Positions 1-10,782 of a DNA stretch of 32,000 nucleotides are shown piece by piece. The notes beneath the pieces are model-generated. The model made no database searches. It had not been told where the DNA came from and was given only the letters and a program-made list of their open reading frames with translations. Both the position numbers and the translations under genes were made by a program. The DNA is taken from contig NC_006833.1 of NCBI RefSeq assembly GCF_000008385.1, positions 420,001 through 452,000 on the forward strand, in the 5' to 3' direction. Numbering within the stretch: the stretch's first letter is position 1; each line of letters opens with the position of its first letter. The DNA is from Wolbachia endosymbiont strain TRS of Brugia malayi. Its GTDB lineage: Bacteria; Pseudomonadota; Alphaproteobacteria; Rickettsiales; Anaplasmataceae.

Positions 1-564
1 TCTGTAATACTCACGTAGACTCTTTACTTGGACGTGATATTCGCCTATTCTTCTATCAATTGCAGATAAGTCAGAATCATCAATTCTCTTTTCTAGTCTT
101 GCACTTTTACATCTCGTACAAACAAGATTATTATCATCTTTGAAAGAAGATGTACTGTATACACTTTTACAGTCCAGGCACACGAGACGATTTTTTAATC
201 TGTCAATTGCTACCTTATCGTTAAGCTGCAATTCAATTACGATATCCACATCTCTATTATATCTCTCCCGCAAAATCTGAGTTAAGAAATGAGCTTGATT
301 TAGATTTCTTGGAAAACCGTCGAACAAAAAATTATCATCCATCAATGCAAGCTGGTCATATAATAATTCACATATAACTCCATCTTGAATTAAATTACCA
401 GATTCTACAGTATCTTTTATTTTTTTGCCTAATTCACTACCACTAGATATAATATTCCTCAATAAATCCCCTACTGAAATTAACTTTAAGTTATACCTTT
501 CTATTAACAAGCTTGACTGAGTACCTTTACCGGAACCAGGAGGACCAAAAATTGTAATAATCAT
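1..564 (-). CDS. adk: Adenylate kinase, partial (C-terminus beyond window edge)
   Basis: Hand translation of the open frame from ATG at 564: [24 protein letters not shown] (P-loop GxPGxGKGT), [11 protein letters not shown], zinc-type LID CLDC...CTRC, then [19 protein letters not shown] to the edge. Its ATG overlaps the secY stop (ATGA). Confidence 0.95.
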
Positions 565-1889
565 CTTAATTTCTTTGTTTTAGACTCATATTTTTTTATC
601 CAGCTATCATATCTATTCGAAAAGATATAGGATTGTATTTGCATAATAGTATCAGTAGTAACATTAACTATAATCAACAAGCTCGTCCCACCAAAAATAA
701 ATGGCATATCATAATAATATCTCATAACTTCAGGCACAGTACATATGACCACCAGATATGCGGAACCAATAAAAGTTAATTTAAAAACTATATCTTGAAG
801 GTAATCAGAAGTGTGTTTTCCTGGTCTTCTACCAGGTATAAAACCACCATTTTTTTTAAGAAAATCTGCATTTTCTTCTGGATTAAATATAAAATTAGTA
901 TAGAAAAAGTTAAAAAACACTATAAGCGCTAAGTAAGCTGCAATATAAACTACTTTGTTTGCCATAAAGTAGTTTAAAATAAAATCAGAAAAAGCATGCC
1001 CCTTATAGAAGTTTGCAATTGAAACAGGCGTTAATAAAATCGCATTGGCAAAAATAGTAGGTATTACACCAGATAAATTAATCTTTAACGGGATATAAGT
1101 AAAGTCATCACTATGCAATCTTTTAAACTGCTTTTTAGGATACTGAACAGTGACTTTCCTATAAGAAGATTCTACAAAAATAATTAAAAGTAGCAGTAAA
1201 AAAAATAACACAAAAACAAAAAGGATAATAAGCAACGACATGCTACCGTTTTTATTTAATGTTAACAGGAAGGAAAAAGCATTGTGCAACTCTGATATTA
1301 TACCTGTGAAGATGATTAATGAGATACCATTACCTATACCACTAGCGCTGATTTGCTCACCAAGCCATATTAGAAACATTGTTCCACCCAAAAGGCTGAA
1401 AATACCCACTGTACGAAACATAACACCAGGCTCGATTACAACTAATGTTCCTTCCCTGTTCATTCTTTCTAACCCAATCAGAATAGTAACTGATTGAAAT
1501 ATACAAAACACTATGGTCATATAACGTATGTAGGAATTCATCCTTCGACGTCCTAATTCTCCGTCATTTTTAACTTCATTAATTCCTTTAACGGCAGAAG
1601 ATAATAATTGCATAACTATAGATGCAACTATATATGGCATAACATTCAATACTAAAATGGTCATCCTAGCTAATGCCCCACCCGAAAATAGATTAAATAC
1701 TCCAAAAATACCAGCACCTTCTTTAGGGAATATATCATTAATTATATCAAGATTAATTCCAGGAATAGGTACATAAGTACCTAAACGATAACAAATTAAA
1801 GCTATTAGCGTAAAAAGCATACGCCTTAATAAATCACCTTTATATAATAAAGCAGGATCTAAACTATTAAACGCTGACTTGCTGCCCAT
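561..1889 (-). CDS. secY: Preprotein translocase subunit SecY
   Basis: 442 aa multi-TM ORF with SecY motifs ([50 protein letters not shown]); spc operon position. Confidence 0.98.
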
Positions 1890-1892
1890 TAC

Positions 1893-2363
1893 TTATGATA
1901 GTATTTCCACACTACCACCAATTGAAGTTACAGATTTCTTTGCAGCTTCTGACGCAAAGTCAACATGAAATACACATCTCTCATTTAGCTTACCTTTATT
2001 AAGAAGCTTAATTTTATCTTTGATAGATTTTATAAAACCTAATTTATGCAGTATCTCCTTATCTATAACAGAGTTTTTTTCTATTTTTTTAGCCTCTATT
2101 AAGCGCTGCACATCACCAACATTAATTATAGAACATATGTTTCTACGTATGGGATTAAAACCTCTTTTAGGTAAACGTGTATATATAGACTGTTGTCCAC
2201 CTTCAAATCCATTTATAGAGGTACCGCTTCTAGCCTTCTGCCCTTTATGTCCCCTACCAGATGTTTTACCTTTACCACAACCAATACCTCTACCTATTAA
2301 TTTAGGCTTTTTTTTCTTCGATAATTCAGTAAATATAGAGTTTAACTTTATAGCATTATTCAT
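1893..2363 (-). CDS. rplO: 50S ribosomal protein L15
   Basis: L15 motif GRGIGCGKGKTSGRGHKGQKARSG; operon context. Confidence 0.97.
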   Translation of the reverse strand: MNNAIKLNSIFTELSKKKKPKLIGRGIGCGKGKTSGRGHKGQKARSGTSINGFEGGQQSIYTRLPKRGFNPIRRNICSIINVGDVQRLIEAKKIEKNSVIDKEILHKLGFIKSIKDKIKLLNKGKLNERCVFHVDFASEAAKKSVTSIGGSVEILS

Positions 2364-2366
2364 ACT

Positions 2367-2879
2367 TTACCTATTTCCGACTACCTCGCTAATCTTTTTA
2401 CCCCTTTTGCTCGCCACTTGACGAGGAGATAACATATTATCAAAGGCCTTAAATACTGCACATATAACGTTATGAGGATTATTCGATCTAGTAGATTTAG
2501 CTACTACATCTTTTATGCCCAACACCTCAAAAACCGACCTAATCGCTCCCCCAGCAATAATGCCTGTTCCAGCTCTAGCTGCTCTTAAAACTATTTCACC
2601 AGAGCAAAATTTAGCCTTAATATCATGGTGCAAAGTTCTACCTTCACGTAAATACACTCTAATCATCGATTTTTTTGCAGCATTTACAGCTTTTATCCTT
2701 GCTTCAGCAACTTCTGCATGCTTACCCATTCCACATCCCACTCTACCCTTCTCATCTCCAACAACAACCAAAATTGAAAATGAGAACCTCCTACCACCTT
2801 TGGTGACTGTTGTTACTCTCCGTACTGAAACTAAAAGCTCTGACCAATCATTATTATTTTGGAAATTCTTTATAGTCAT
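2367..2879 (-). CDS. rpsE: 30S ribosomal protein S5
   Basis: [46 protein letters not shown]; operon context. Confidence 0.98.
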   Translation of the reverse strand: MTIKNFQNNNDWSELLVSVRRVTTVTKGGRRFSFSILVVVGDEKGRVGCGMGKHAEVAEARIKAVNAAKKSMIRVYLREGRTLHHDIKAKFCSGEIVLRAARAGTGIIAGGAIRSVFEVLGIKDVVAKSTRSNNPHNVICAVFKAFDNMLSPRQVASKRGKKISEVVGNR

Positions 2880-2891
2880 ATTTAAAATATT

Positions 2892-3263
2892 CTAAAATTT
2901 AAATCCAGAGCTTCGTAAGGCTTCAGCAAACTGAGAAACCAACCCTGTATATTTATATGCTCCACGGTCAAATACCAATTTTTGTTCTAACTTCATATTA
3001 GATAGGCGTTCAATCATTAAAGAAGAAACCTGCTTTATAGTTTCAGTATTGATCCCCCTTTTACATACATCCTTAATTTTAGCATCCAAAGTAGAAACAG
3101 AAGTGAGAGTTACTCCTTTTTCATCATTGATTAACTGAGCATAAAAATGCCTATTAGATTTAAATATGGATATACGTAAACGCTTAACACCACTGTTGAG
3201 CTTCTTTCTATTACGTAAATTCCTCTTCTCAGAATTACTTAAAAAATTATACAATCTTCTCAT
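2892..3263 (-). CDS. rplR: 50S ribosomal protein L18
   Basis: L18 pattern RLRISIFKSNRHFYAQLINDEKGVTLTSVST and C-terminal FDRGAYKYTGLVSQFAEALRSSGFKF. Confidence 0.97.
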   Translation of the reverse strand: MRRLYNFLSNSEKRNLRNRKKLNSGVKRLRISIFKSNRHFYAQLINDEKGVTLTSVSTLDAKIKDVCKRGINTETIKQVSSLMIERLSNMKLEQKLVFDRGAYKYTGLVSQFAEALRSSGFKF

Positions 3264-3268
3264 CTTAA

Positions 3269-3814
3269 TTACTTCTTTTTACTCACAACTTTACGCAACA
3301 TAAACTTGCCTTTTATTACAATACCTTTACCTTTATAGGGGTCATATTTTCTAATTTTGCATATATCAGATGCTATCACATAGACCTTTTGCTTGTCCAT
3401 ACCATTAACCACCAAGTGAGTTGGCTTTATACACTTAATCTCAACATCTTTAGGCACTTTATACTTAATATTATGGCTATAACCAAGATATAGAGTCAAA
3501 TACTTACCATCACACTCTGCTTTGTATCCAATACCGTTAATCTCAAGATCAACAGAAAAACCATTAACTATACCATTAATAATATTATTAATATTACTTC
3601 TATAAGTGCCCCATATAGGTTTTATCTCATTGTAACTATCTTTGCCTTGATCAACAGAAAGCACTAACTGGTTATCAGTAACCTGACACACAATATCACT
3701 ACATAGCCTAAGCTCTTTTTCCGCCTTAGCACTTTTTATTAACACCTTACCATCATTACATTCAACTGAAACACCAGCAGGAATATTGATAGGTGCTGCA
3801 CCTATACGAGACAT
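3269..3814 (-). CDS. rplF: 50S ribosomal protein L6
   Basis: L6 sequence; MSRIGAAPINIPAGV and C-terminal DPYKGKGI. Confidence 0.97.
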   Translation of the reverse strand: MSRIGAAPINIPAGVSVECNDGKVLIKSAKAEKELRLCSDIVCQVTDNQLVLSVDQGKDSYNEIKPIWGTYRSNINNIINGIVNGFSVDLEINGIGYKAECDGKYLTLYLGYSHNIKYKVPKDVEIKCIKPTHLVVNGMDKQKVYVIASDICKIRKYDPYKGKGIVIKGKFMLRKVVSKKK

Positions 3815-3830
3815 AAATTTCTCCTATTAC

Positions 3831-4226
3831 TTAAAATACACGACACAAAATTTCTCCACCAAACTTTAACTTATGTGCATCGTAATCAGTCATCACTCCC
3901 TTGGATGTAGATATAATAAAAATACCAAGTCCATTATATGCTTTAGAAATATCCTTGTACTTAGAATAACAACGACACCCTGGCTTCGATACTCTAACTA
4001 TATCACTAATTACAGGTGATCTCTCATAATACTTTAATTTTACAACGAAAGATGGTATATTACCCACAACCTCTTTTTGGTAATCAAGAATATATCCTTC
4101 ATCCTTTAAGATCTTTAGTATAGAAGAATTTACCTTAGAGAACAAAACTCTTGTCGTCTTATGCATCGCCAATTGAGCATTACGTATCCTTGCTAAAAAA
4201 TCGCCAATACTATCAGATAATGCCAC
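3831..4226 (-). CDS. rpsH: 30S ribosomal protein S8
   Basis: [15 protein letters not shown] ... [15 protein letters not shown] ... [33 protein letters not shown]. Confidence 0.98.
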   Translation of the reverse strand: MALSDSIGDFLARIRNAQLAMHKTTRVLFSKVNSSILKILKDEGYILDYQKEVVGNIPSFVVKLKYYERSPVISDIVRVSKPGCRCYSKYKDISKAYNGLGIFIISTSKGVMTDYDAHKLKFGGEILCRVF

Positions 4227-4247
4227 AATATACTCCCTATATTATAC

Positions 4248-4556
4248 TTACCAACTAGACTTTGTGATCCCTGGAATTTTCCCAAAAGAACACAAACCAC
4301 GTAAAACAATTCTACATAAACCAAATTTTCTATATACTCCTCTTGGCCTTCCAGTTAAAGCACATCTATTTCTAATTCTGATTTTAGAAGAATCTCTAGG
4401 TAATTCTTTTATTAACTTATTTTGAGCTGCAAACCTCTCGCCAATAGGTATATTCTTATTGTTTATTATAGACTTCAATCTTTCTCTTTTCTCTCCATAT
4501 TGATCACATAATTTTATTCTACGAAGATTTCTCTGTACTATAGATTTTTTTGCCAT
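4248..4556 (-). CDS. rpsN: 30S ribosomal protein S14 (zinc-free type)
   Basis: RNRCALTGRPRGVYRKFGLCRIVLRGLCSFGKIPGITKSSW; 102 aa form without paired CxxC motifs. Confidence 0.97.
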   Translation of the reverse strand: MAKKSIVQRNLRRIKLCDQYGEKRERLKSIINNKNIPIGERFAAQNKLIKELPRDSSKIRIRNRCALTGRPRGVYRKFGLCRIVLRGLCSFGKIPGITKSSW

Positions 4557-4572
4557 ATACCTCTTCTCTTAA

Positions 4573-5106
4573 CTAATCAAAAAAGGGAAACTTAAAAGCT
4601 AGCAATAATTCTTTCGCTTCTTTATCACTGGCTGCACTTGTTACAATATTGATGTCCATACCTCTAATTTTACTTATTTTATCGTAATCTATTTCCAAAA
4701 ATGAGATATGTTCTTTTATACCAAAAGAGAAATTACCATTACCATCAAATTGTTTCACACTAAACCCTCTAAAATCTTTTTCTCTCGGTAAAGCAACATA
4801 TATCAACCTTTCTAAAAATTCATACATTTTATCTCTACGTAAAGTTACTTTACAACCTACTGTAGCACCTTTTCTTATCTTGAAACCAGAAATGGACTTC
4901 TTTGCAAATGTCGATACAGGTTTTTGTCCTGCAATTAAATATAGATCATCAAATGGTTCATTTATTGCTTTATTGTCTGTAGCAGCACCTCCAACACCCA
5001 TATTAATACACACTTTGACAAGCTTAGGTACCTGCATTATATTGCCATAGTTGAACTTATCCTTTAAGGATTTTACTATGCTATCTCTATACAATTCCTT
5101 AAACAT
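4573..5106 (-). CDS. rplE: 50S ribosomal protein L5
   Basis: [52 protein letters not shown]; operon context. Confidence 0.98.
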   Translation of the reverse strand: MFKELYRDSIVKSLKDKFNYGNIMQVPKLVKVCINMGVGGAATDNKAINEPFDDLYLIAGQKPVSTFAKKSISGFKIRKGATVGCKVTLRRDKMYEFLERLIYVALPREKDFRGFSVKQFDGNGNFSFGIKEHISFLEIDYDKISKIRGMDINIVTSAASDKEAKELLLAFKFPFFD

Positions 5107-5112
5107 ACCAAC

Positions 5113-5430
5113 CTAGCCTATTACTTCTCCAGAAACTTTTGCAAAACGTACTTTTTTACTATCTATAACTTTAAACCCTACTCTAGTTGGAGCTTTATAC
5201 TTAGGATCCAATATTGCAATGTTAGATATATCAATAGCTAATTCTTTATTTATTATACCGCCACTACTACCAGCTTTTGGCTTAGCATGTTTCTTGTGCA
5301 CATTTATTCCAGAAACAACTGCCTTTCTTTTAGCACTACATGTTACAATTTTGATTACTTTACCAATTTTGCCTCTATCTCTACCAGTTAAAACTATAAC
5401 ATCATCACCACTTCTTATTTTTGCACTCAT
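5113..5430 (-). CDS. rplX: 50S ribosomal protein L24
   Basis: KOW motif [20 protein letters not shown]; [13 protein letters not shown]. Confidence 0.97.
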   Translation of the reverse strand: MSAKIRSGDDVIVLTGRDRGKIGKVIKIVTCSAKRKAVVSGINVHKKHAKPKAGSSGGIINKELAIDISNIAILDPKYKAPTRVGFKVIDSKKVRFAKVSGEVIG

Positions 5431-5789
5431 TATAAAACCTCAACAGCTAATGACATTATCTTCATAAAAGAACCAGAAGGCAGCTTCTTTACCGGGCCAA
5501 ATACTCGAGTACCAAGCGGTTCACCTTGATTATTAACTAAAACTACAGCATTGCTAGAAAAACGAATTACAGAGTTATCAGACTTTCTAATACAGTTTTT
5601 CACTCTAACAACAACCGCTCTATATACTTTTCCCTTTTCGACCTTCCCCTTTGGGTTAACAGACTTAGTGGACACAACAATTGTATCACCTATGGATGCA
5701 GATTTTCTACCACCCAACAAGCCAATACAGAGCACTTCACGCGCACCAGAATTATCAGCTACTTCTAATAATGTATTTTTTTGAATCAT
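5430..5789 (-). CDS. rplN: 50S ribosomal protein L14
   Basis: [27 protein letters not shown] ... GTRVFGPV. Confidence 0.98.
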   Translation of the reverse strand: MIQKNTLLEVADNSGAREVLCIGLLGGRKSASIGDTIVVSTKSVNPKGKVEKGKVYRAVVVRVKNCIRKSDNSVIRFSSNAVVLVNNQGEPLGTRVFGPVKKLPSGSFMKIMSLAVEVL

Positions 5790-5798
5790 GCAAATACC

Positions 5799-6032
5799 TT
5801 ATTCCACTCGAACAATAACCCATTTTTTAGTAGCAGAAATGGGCCTATGCTCTTGTATAAAAACCTTATCTCCTTCTTTACAACTATTATTTTCATCATG
5901 CACTGTGTACTCTTTATACCTCTTTATAACTTTCTTGTACAGTTTATCTTTATACACCCGTAATACTGAAACCTTCACAGTTTTATCACATTTAGCTTTA
6001 GTTACAACACCACAAAAAACCTTCTTAGGCAC
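5799..6032 (-). CDS. rpsQ: 30S ribosomal protein S17
   Basis: MPKKVFCGVVTKAKCDKTVKVSV ... KEGDKVFIQEHRPISATKKW. Confidence 0.96.
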   Translation of the reverse strand: MPKKVFCGVVTKAKCDKTVKVSVLRVYKDKLYKKVIKRYKEYTVHDENNSCKEGDKVFIQEHRPISATKKWVIVRVE

Positions 6033-6228
6033 TCTTTCCCTCTATTCTTCTTTCATTTAATACAGTTAAAATACGGGCTATACTCTTTCTTATCAAGCTA
6101 AAACGAGAAATATTATTACACTGCCCCAACTTTTTTTGAAAAATCAAATTAACAAATTCCTTCCTCAAATTTACAAGAATTTCATACAACTCTTGTGAGG
6201 ACTTTGATCTAATATCAGCTATATCCAC
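6025..6228 (-). CDS. rpmC: 50S ribosomal protein L29
   Basis: 67 aa L29-like ORF (MDIADIRSKSSQELYEILVNLRKEFVNLIFQKKLGQCNN) between rplP and rpsQ; overlaps rpsQ by 8 nt. Confidence 0.93.
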   Translation of the reverse strand: MDIADIRSKSSQELYEILVNLRKEFVNLIFQKKLGQCNNISRFSLIRKSIARILTVLNERRIEGKSA

Positions 6229-6239
6229 TGTAACTCCGC

Positions 6240-6653
6240 TTAACTATAATTAGATATAAACTTACACTTTACAGGAAGCTTAGCCATTGCCTTTTCAAGT
6301 GCTAGCTTTGCTAAATGCATGGGAACGTCGCTGCTAATTTCAAATAATACCCTACCAGGCTTAGCTTTAAACACCCAAAATTCAACACTACCTTTTCCTT
6401 TACCCATCCGCACATCTGTTGGCTTTTTACTAATAGGAGTATCAGGAAAAATTCTTATCCATATTTTACCAGAACGTTTCAATGTTCTAGATATCACACG
6501 TCTCACAGTCTCAATATGCTTAGACTGAACCCTACCTGCTTCTATAGTTTTTAAGCCATAATCTCCAAAAGACAATGTGCTACCACCCTTTGTATTACCC
6601 TTAATTCGCCCTTTAAATACCTTTCTATATTTACTCTTTTTTGGTACAAACAT
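6240..6653 (-). CDS. rplP: 50S ribosomal protein L16
   Basis: [24 protein letters not shown] ... [27 protein letters not shown]. Confidence 0.98.
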   Translation of the reverse strand: MFVPKKSKYRKVFKGRIKGNTKGGSTLSFGDYGLKTIEAGRVQSKHIETVRRVISRTLKRSGKIWIRIFPDTPISKKPTDVRMGKGKGSVEFWVFKAKPGRVLFEISSDVPMHLAKLALEKAMAKLPVKCKFISNYS

Positions 6654-6664
6654 TTCAACACACC

Positions 6665-7285
6665 TTAATTAACAATATAAACCCAAACTTTAACTCCTAT
6701 AATACCATATATAGTTTTCGCTTCACAAAAAGCATAATCTATATTAGCACGTAAAGTATGCAAAGGCAAACGACCTTCTTTATACCATTCAGTACGAGCT
6801 ATCTCAGCTCCACCAAGACGCCCAGAACAACCTACTTTAATACCCCCACCTCCCATTCTTAAACAACTTTGAATGGCCTTTTTCATTGCCCTTCTAAACG
6901 AAACCCTTTTTTCTAGCTGTTGTGCGATGCTGCTTGATATTAAAGCCGCATCTATCTCAGGCCTTTTGATTCCCACTACATTTACTTCCACACTATTTTT
7001 TACTTTTTCAGCTATTTTTTGTTTTACCTTTTCAATATCCAAGCCTTTTTTACCTATGATCACCCCAGGTCTAGAAGAATGTATCGTCACAGACAATAAA
7101 TCAACTTTGCGCTCTATAATTATTTTGGAAAGACCAGCATGCTTAAAAGACTCATTTATGTAACTGCGAATAAATAAATCCTGATGCAATTTCTCTTTGT
7201 AATCTTTATTAGCATACCAAACAGAATCCCAGGTATTATTATTTATTTTTAACCTGAACCCTATAGGGTTAACCTTTTGTCCCAT
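6665..7285 (-). CDS. rpsC: 30S ribosomal protein S3
   Basis: [15 protein letters not shown]; KH motif [15 protein letters not shown]; [28 protein letters not shown]. Confidence 0.98.
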   Translation of the reverse strand: MGQKVNPIGFRLKINNNTWDSVWYANKDYKEKLHQDLFIRSYINESFKHAGLSKIIIERKVDLLSVTIHSSRPGVIIGKKGLDIEKVKQKIAEKVKNSVEVNVVGIKRPEIDAALISSSIAQQLEKRVSFRRAMKKAIQSCLRMGGGGIKVGCSGRLGGAEIARTEWYKEGRLPLHTLRANIDYAFCEAKTIYGIIGVKVWVYIVN

Positions 7286-7323
7286 ATTTTACACTTTCTT
7301 CACTAATTTTTTACTCTTATAAA

Positions 7324-7674
7324 TCATACTATTTGCCTTAATTTTATAGTTATATTACTATAATGCTTACTAACTCTATTAGCTCTACCCATAGCTTTTG
7401 GACATACTCTATGTAAAGTAAAAGACTTGCCTATTAAAATTTCTTTTATATACAAATTATCGATATCCAATCCATAATTGTATTGAGCATTGGCAATTGC
7501 AGAATTTAGTACCTTTCCTATAAGGCCAGCAGCCTTTTTTTCGCAAAATCTTAATTGCACAGTAGCAAAAGAAACTTTTTTATTACGTACCAAATCAGCA
7601 ACCAAATTTAACTTACGAGGAGTCGACCTTAAAATCCTAGAACTAGCTCCAATTATTGGATCCATGCTCTTCAT
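7324..7674 (-). CDS. rplV: 50S ribosomal protein L22
   Basis: [18 protein letters not shown] ... [28 protein letters not shown] track start kept; the true start may be an alternative downstream codon. Confidence 0.95.
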
Positions 7675-7679
7675 ATCAA

Positions 7680-7964
7680 CTACCTTCTTACCGCCTTTTT
7701 ATCACCATTATGCCCAGCAAATTTACGAGTAGGTGAAAACTCACCAAACTTGTGGCCTATCATATTCTGATCATTAACACTGACAGGGATGTAATCCTTG
7801 CCATTATAAACAGCAAATTTTAAACCCAAACAATTGGGAAGAATTACAGAAGCCCTAGAATGAATTTTTATCACCTTATTAATAGAGCCCTGTTTTAAAG
7901 CTCTGTTTACCAACCTTAACACAGAAGGATGACAAAAAGGCGGTTTCCATGCAGATCTACTCAT
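7680..7964 (-). CDS. rpsS: 30S ribosomal protein S19
   Basis: [11 protein letters not shown] ... [24 protein letters not shown]. Confidence 0.97.
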
Positions 7965-7967
7965 AAA

Positions 7968-8801
7968 CTAACCTTTTAATTGCTTTATATACTTATCACT
8001 AAACTTATTTTTTTTTCGAGTTTTCTTTCCTTTTGTTGCAACACCCCAAGGAGTAACAGGATGACGCCCACCAGAAGTTTTTCCTTCTCCACCACCATGA
8101 GGATGATCTACCGGATTCATAGCAACTCCACGAACAGTAGGCCTAACTCCCAACCACCTACTTCTCCCAGCTTTACCCAATTTTCTATTTTTACGATCAG
8201 GATTAGACACTACACCAATAGTAGCCTTACAAGAAGACAAAACTAACCTAACTTGACCAGACCTTAACCGCAACAAAACATAATTGCCATCACGACCAAC
8301 AACTTGTGCATAACAACCGGCAGCTCGAGCAATTACAGCACCACTACCTGGCTTCAACTCAACACCGTGAACAAAAGAACCAATAGGTATACCCTTCAAC
8401 GGCAAACAATTGCCTGGCAATATGTCAATGCCACTTCCTGACATTACAATATCACCGGGCTTTATGCCTTGTGGAGCTAATATATAAGATTTGGTGTCAT
8501 CACACTTATATGACACCAACGCTAAAAACCCACTTCTATTTGGGTCATATTCTATTTTTTCAACTACACCCTGATCATTTCTATTACGTTTAAAATCTAT
8601 AATCCTATACTTCTTTTTGTGACCACCACCTTTATGACGAATTGTTATTCTACCATTATTATTTCTTCCACCACTAGACTTTTTACCAAACGCAAGAGAC
8701 TTTTCTGGCTTACCTCTTGATAAACCTATCTTACTTACTAATACAGTTCCACGAGACGATGGAGTAACAGGATTAAGAAATTTTATACCCATATTAAACA
8801 C
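7968..8801 (-). CDS. rplB: 50S ribosomal protein L2
   Basis: [26 protein letters not shown] ... [30 protein letters not shown]. Confidence 0.98.
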   Translation of the reverse strand: MFNMGIKFLNPVTPSSRGTVLVSKIGLSRGKPEKSLAFGKKSSGGRNNNGRITIRHKGGGHKKKYRIIDFKRNRNDQGVVEKIEYDPNRSGFLALVSYKCDDTKSYILAPQGIKPGDIVMSGSGIDILPGNCLPLKGIPIGSFVHGVELKPGSGAVIARAAGCYAQVVGRDGNYVLLRLRSGQVRLVLSSCKATIGVVSNPDRKNRKLGKAGRSRWLGVRPTVRGVAMNPVDHPHGGGEGKTSGGRHPVTPWGVATKGKKTRKKNKFSDKYIKQLKG

Positions 8802-9081
8802 TCATTATATCCAATTTTTGACCATCCATTAAAGAAAAATATACTTTCTTTTTTTTTTTTTCATAACCAACCACACCCTTAAAGCGTCTATACTTAGGCT
8901 TAACTCTAACAACGTTTATAGAGGAAACTTTAACATTAAACAAAGACTCTATTGCCGACTTTATTTTATGCTTATTCACATTTACAAAAACATACAAAGA
9001 ATATTTATTAAATTTCTCCCTCAAAAAAGAAGCCTTTTCTGTGATTATAGGACACTTTACTATATTATTATATTTAATCAT
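8794..9081 (-). CDS. rplW: 50S ribosomal protein L23
   Basis: [13 protein letters not shown] ... [31 protein letters not shown]. Confidence 0.96.
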   Translation of the reverse strand: MIKYNNIVKCPIITEKASFLREKFNKYSLYVFVNVNKHKIKSAIESLFNVKVSSINVVRVKPKYRRFKGVVGYEKKKKKVYFSLMDGQKLDIMSV

Positions 9082-9692
9082 AACAACCTACCTTCAAGAT
9101 ATCTTAAAGCATCACTCGTTAACATTATGCATTCATGATTTAATATATCAAAAACATTCAATCCGATAGGCTTGATCAAGTTTACATAGTGCAGATTTCT
9201 AGCAGCACGCAGCAAACTATCTTCATAATCGCCGACTATCAAAAAAGAAGAAAATTTAAAATTTTGAATATACTTACACATTTCAGACGTTTTCTTCACA
9301 TTAATATTTAAATTATTAAGAATAATTACTTGATTATTTAAGTATTTTAGAGATAAAGCAACTTTTAAACCAAATTTACGTACTTTTTTATTAAGAGAAT
9401 AAGCATGACTTCTAACAATAGGGCCGAAAATAACTCCACCACCTCTAAACTGAGGAGACCGTAAACTTCCTTGTCTTGCCCTACCGGTGCGTTTTTGACT
9501 ATAAGGCTTAGCTGTTGTACCAGAAACATCACTAATGCCTTTTACTTTATGAGTACCAGCTCTTCTTTTTGCTAATTGCCACCTGACTATATCATGCAAA
9601 ATACTCAATTTTTGCTCAACAGAAAATATTAAAGGGTTAAGCTGAGTAGTACCCACGTCATTATTAGATAGATTTACTAATTTACATTCCAT
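9078..9692 (-). CDS. rplD: 50S ribosomal protein L4
   Basis: AKRRAGTHKVKGISDVSGTTAKPYSQKRTGRARQGSLRSPQFRGGGVIFGP. Confidence 0.97.
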   Translation of the reverse strand: MECKLVNLSNNDVGTTQLNPLIFSVEQKLSILHDIVRWQLAKRRAGTHKVKGISDVSGTTAKPYSQKRTGRARQGSLRSPQFRGGGVIFGPIVRSHAYSLNKKVRKFGLKVALSLKYLNNQVIILNNLNINVKKTSEMCKYIQNFKFSSFLIVGDYEDSLLRAARNLHYVNLIKPIGLNVFDILNHECIMLTSDALRYLEGRLL

Positions 9693-9694
9693 AA

Positions 9695-10420
9695 CTAACT
9701 TACCAAACTACTAGCATTATCGTTACTTACATCTAACAGCAGACCTACCGGAAAAGGAACATCCTTATGTAAAGGCTTTTTAATTGCATCTTTAACAAAA
9801 ACGTAAGAATTTTTAAATCCAGGAACATTATTACCTTTCACAACAATTGTACTATTTCCATGATCAATGGATAATATTTCCATATTCTGCACAGTTACTC
9901 TACTACTACCTAAATGACCAGCCATTCTCTTTCCTTTAAACACTCTACCAGGATCCTGACATTGACCAGTGGAACCTTGTGACCTATGAGCAATAGAAAC
10001 GCCATGAGATGCCCTGAGCCCACAAAAATTATGTCGCTTCATTACACCAGCAAATCCCTTGCCTATGGAATAACTTGTAATATCAAGATATTGACCAACT
10101 ACAAAATGATTAACACCAACTTTTTTACCACATTCTATTCCTGAAAGGTCGCTTAATCTGCTCTCATACAATTTACATCTATTACTTATTCCCATCTTCT
10201 TTAAATATTCTAACTGTGGTTTTGCAATATTTTTAAAATTCCCAATACCTAAAATAACTGAATTATAGCCACACTTATCTTGCCTTCTCACATCAACAAT
10301 ATAAGTTTCGCTGAGATGTAATAAAGTCACAGCTACGCGACTATTATTAGAATATATAGCAGTATGACCAATATTTGTCATTAACAAACCAATTCTCCTT
10401 AGCAAACTTATTCTCTTCAT
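9695..10420 (-). CDS. rplC: 50S ribosomal protein L3
   Basis: HGVSIAHRSQGSTGQCQDPGRVFKGKRMAGHLGSSRVTVQNMEI; operon context. Confidence 0.97.
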   Translation of the reverse strand: MKRISLLRRIGLLMTNIGHTAIYSNNSRVAVTLLHLSETYIVDVRRQDKCGYNSVILGIGNFKNIAKPQLEYLKKMGISNRCKLYESRLSDLSGIECGKKVGVNHFVVGQYLDITSYSIGKGFAGVMKRHNFCGLRASHGVSIAHRSQGSTGQCQDPGRVFKGKRMAGHLGSSRVTVQNMEILSIDHGNSTIVVKGNNVPGFKNSYVFVKDAIKKPLHKDVPFPVGLLLDVSNDNASSLVS

Positions 10421-10782
10421 TTCTCTTTCCTAAATTTAACTCTCTTGATCTTTAAATAAATTTCTACGCCAGGAGGAGGAGGAGGAAAAAAAGATGAATC
10501 TCCAAGCATCTGCATCATAGCAGGAGTAAGACCATGTAAAACAATCAACCGCCCAGAAGTCCTCTGTTCAAATTGCTCACGAGATTTTTTATCAACATGA
10601 GGAGATCTATTAAAGTCAAATTTAGAATTCCTTCTTCGTAATGCAACAGGACCTGACAACTCTGCACTAGAATGCTTAAACTTGTCTTTAAATCTACGAA
10701 CAAACTCTTTAACATACTTCTCTAACTTTAAACAATCAAAAGCTCTACTTATAATATATGCAACTTGCTCTACTTCAGCCAC
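10417..10782 (-). CDS. rpsJ: 30S ribosomal protein S10 (divergent)
   Basis: SGPVALRRRNSKFDFNRSPHVDKKSREQFEQRTSGRLIVL matches the S10 core; location between tuf and rplC. The ORF track gives 10791; a GTG at 10782 overlapping the tuf TAG is the more likely start. Confidence 0.88.
   Translation of the reverse strand: MAEVEQVAYIISRAFDCLKLEKYVKEFVRRFKDKFKHSSAELSGPVALRRRNSKFDFNRSPHVDKKSREQFEQRTSGRLIVLHGLTPAMMQMLGDSSFFPPPPPGVEIYLKIKRVKFRKEK

Noticed and set aside
1240-9300. + strand ORFs antisense to ribosomal protein genes and secY (e.g. 2020..2421, 2515..2895, 6873..7163, 7980..8246)
   Set aside because: Shadow ORFs of conserved minus-strand genes; no start context or recognisable domain.
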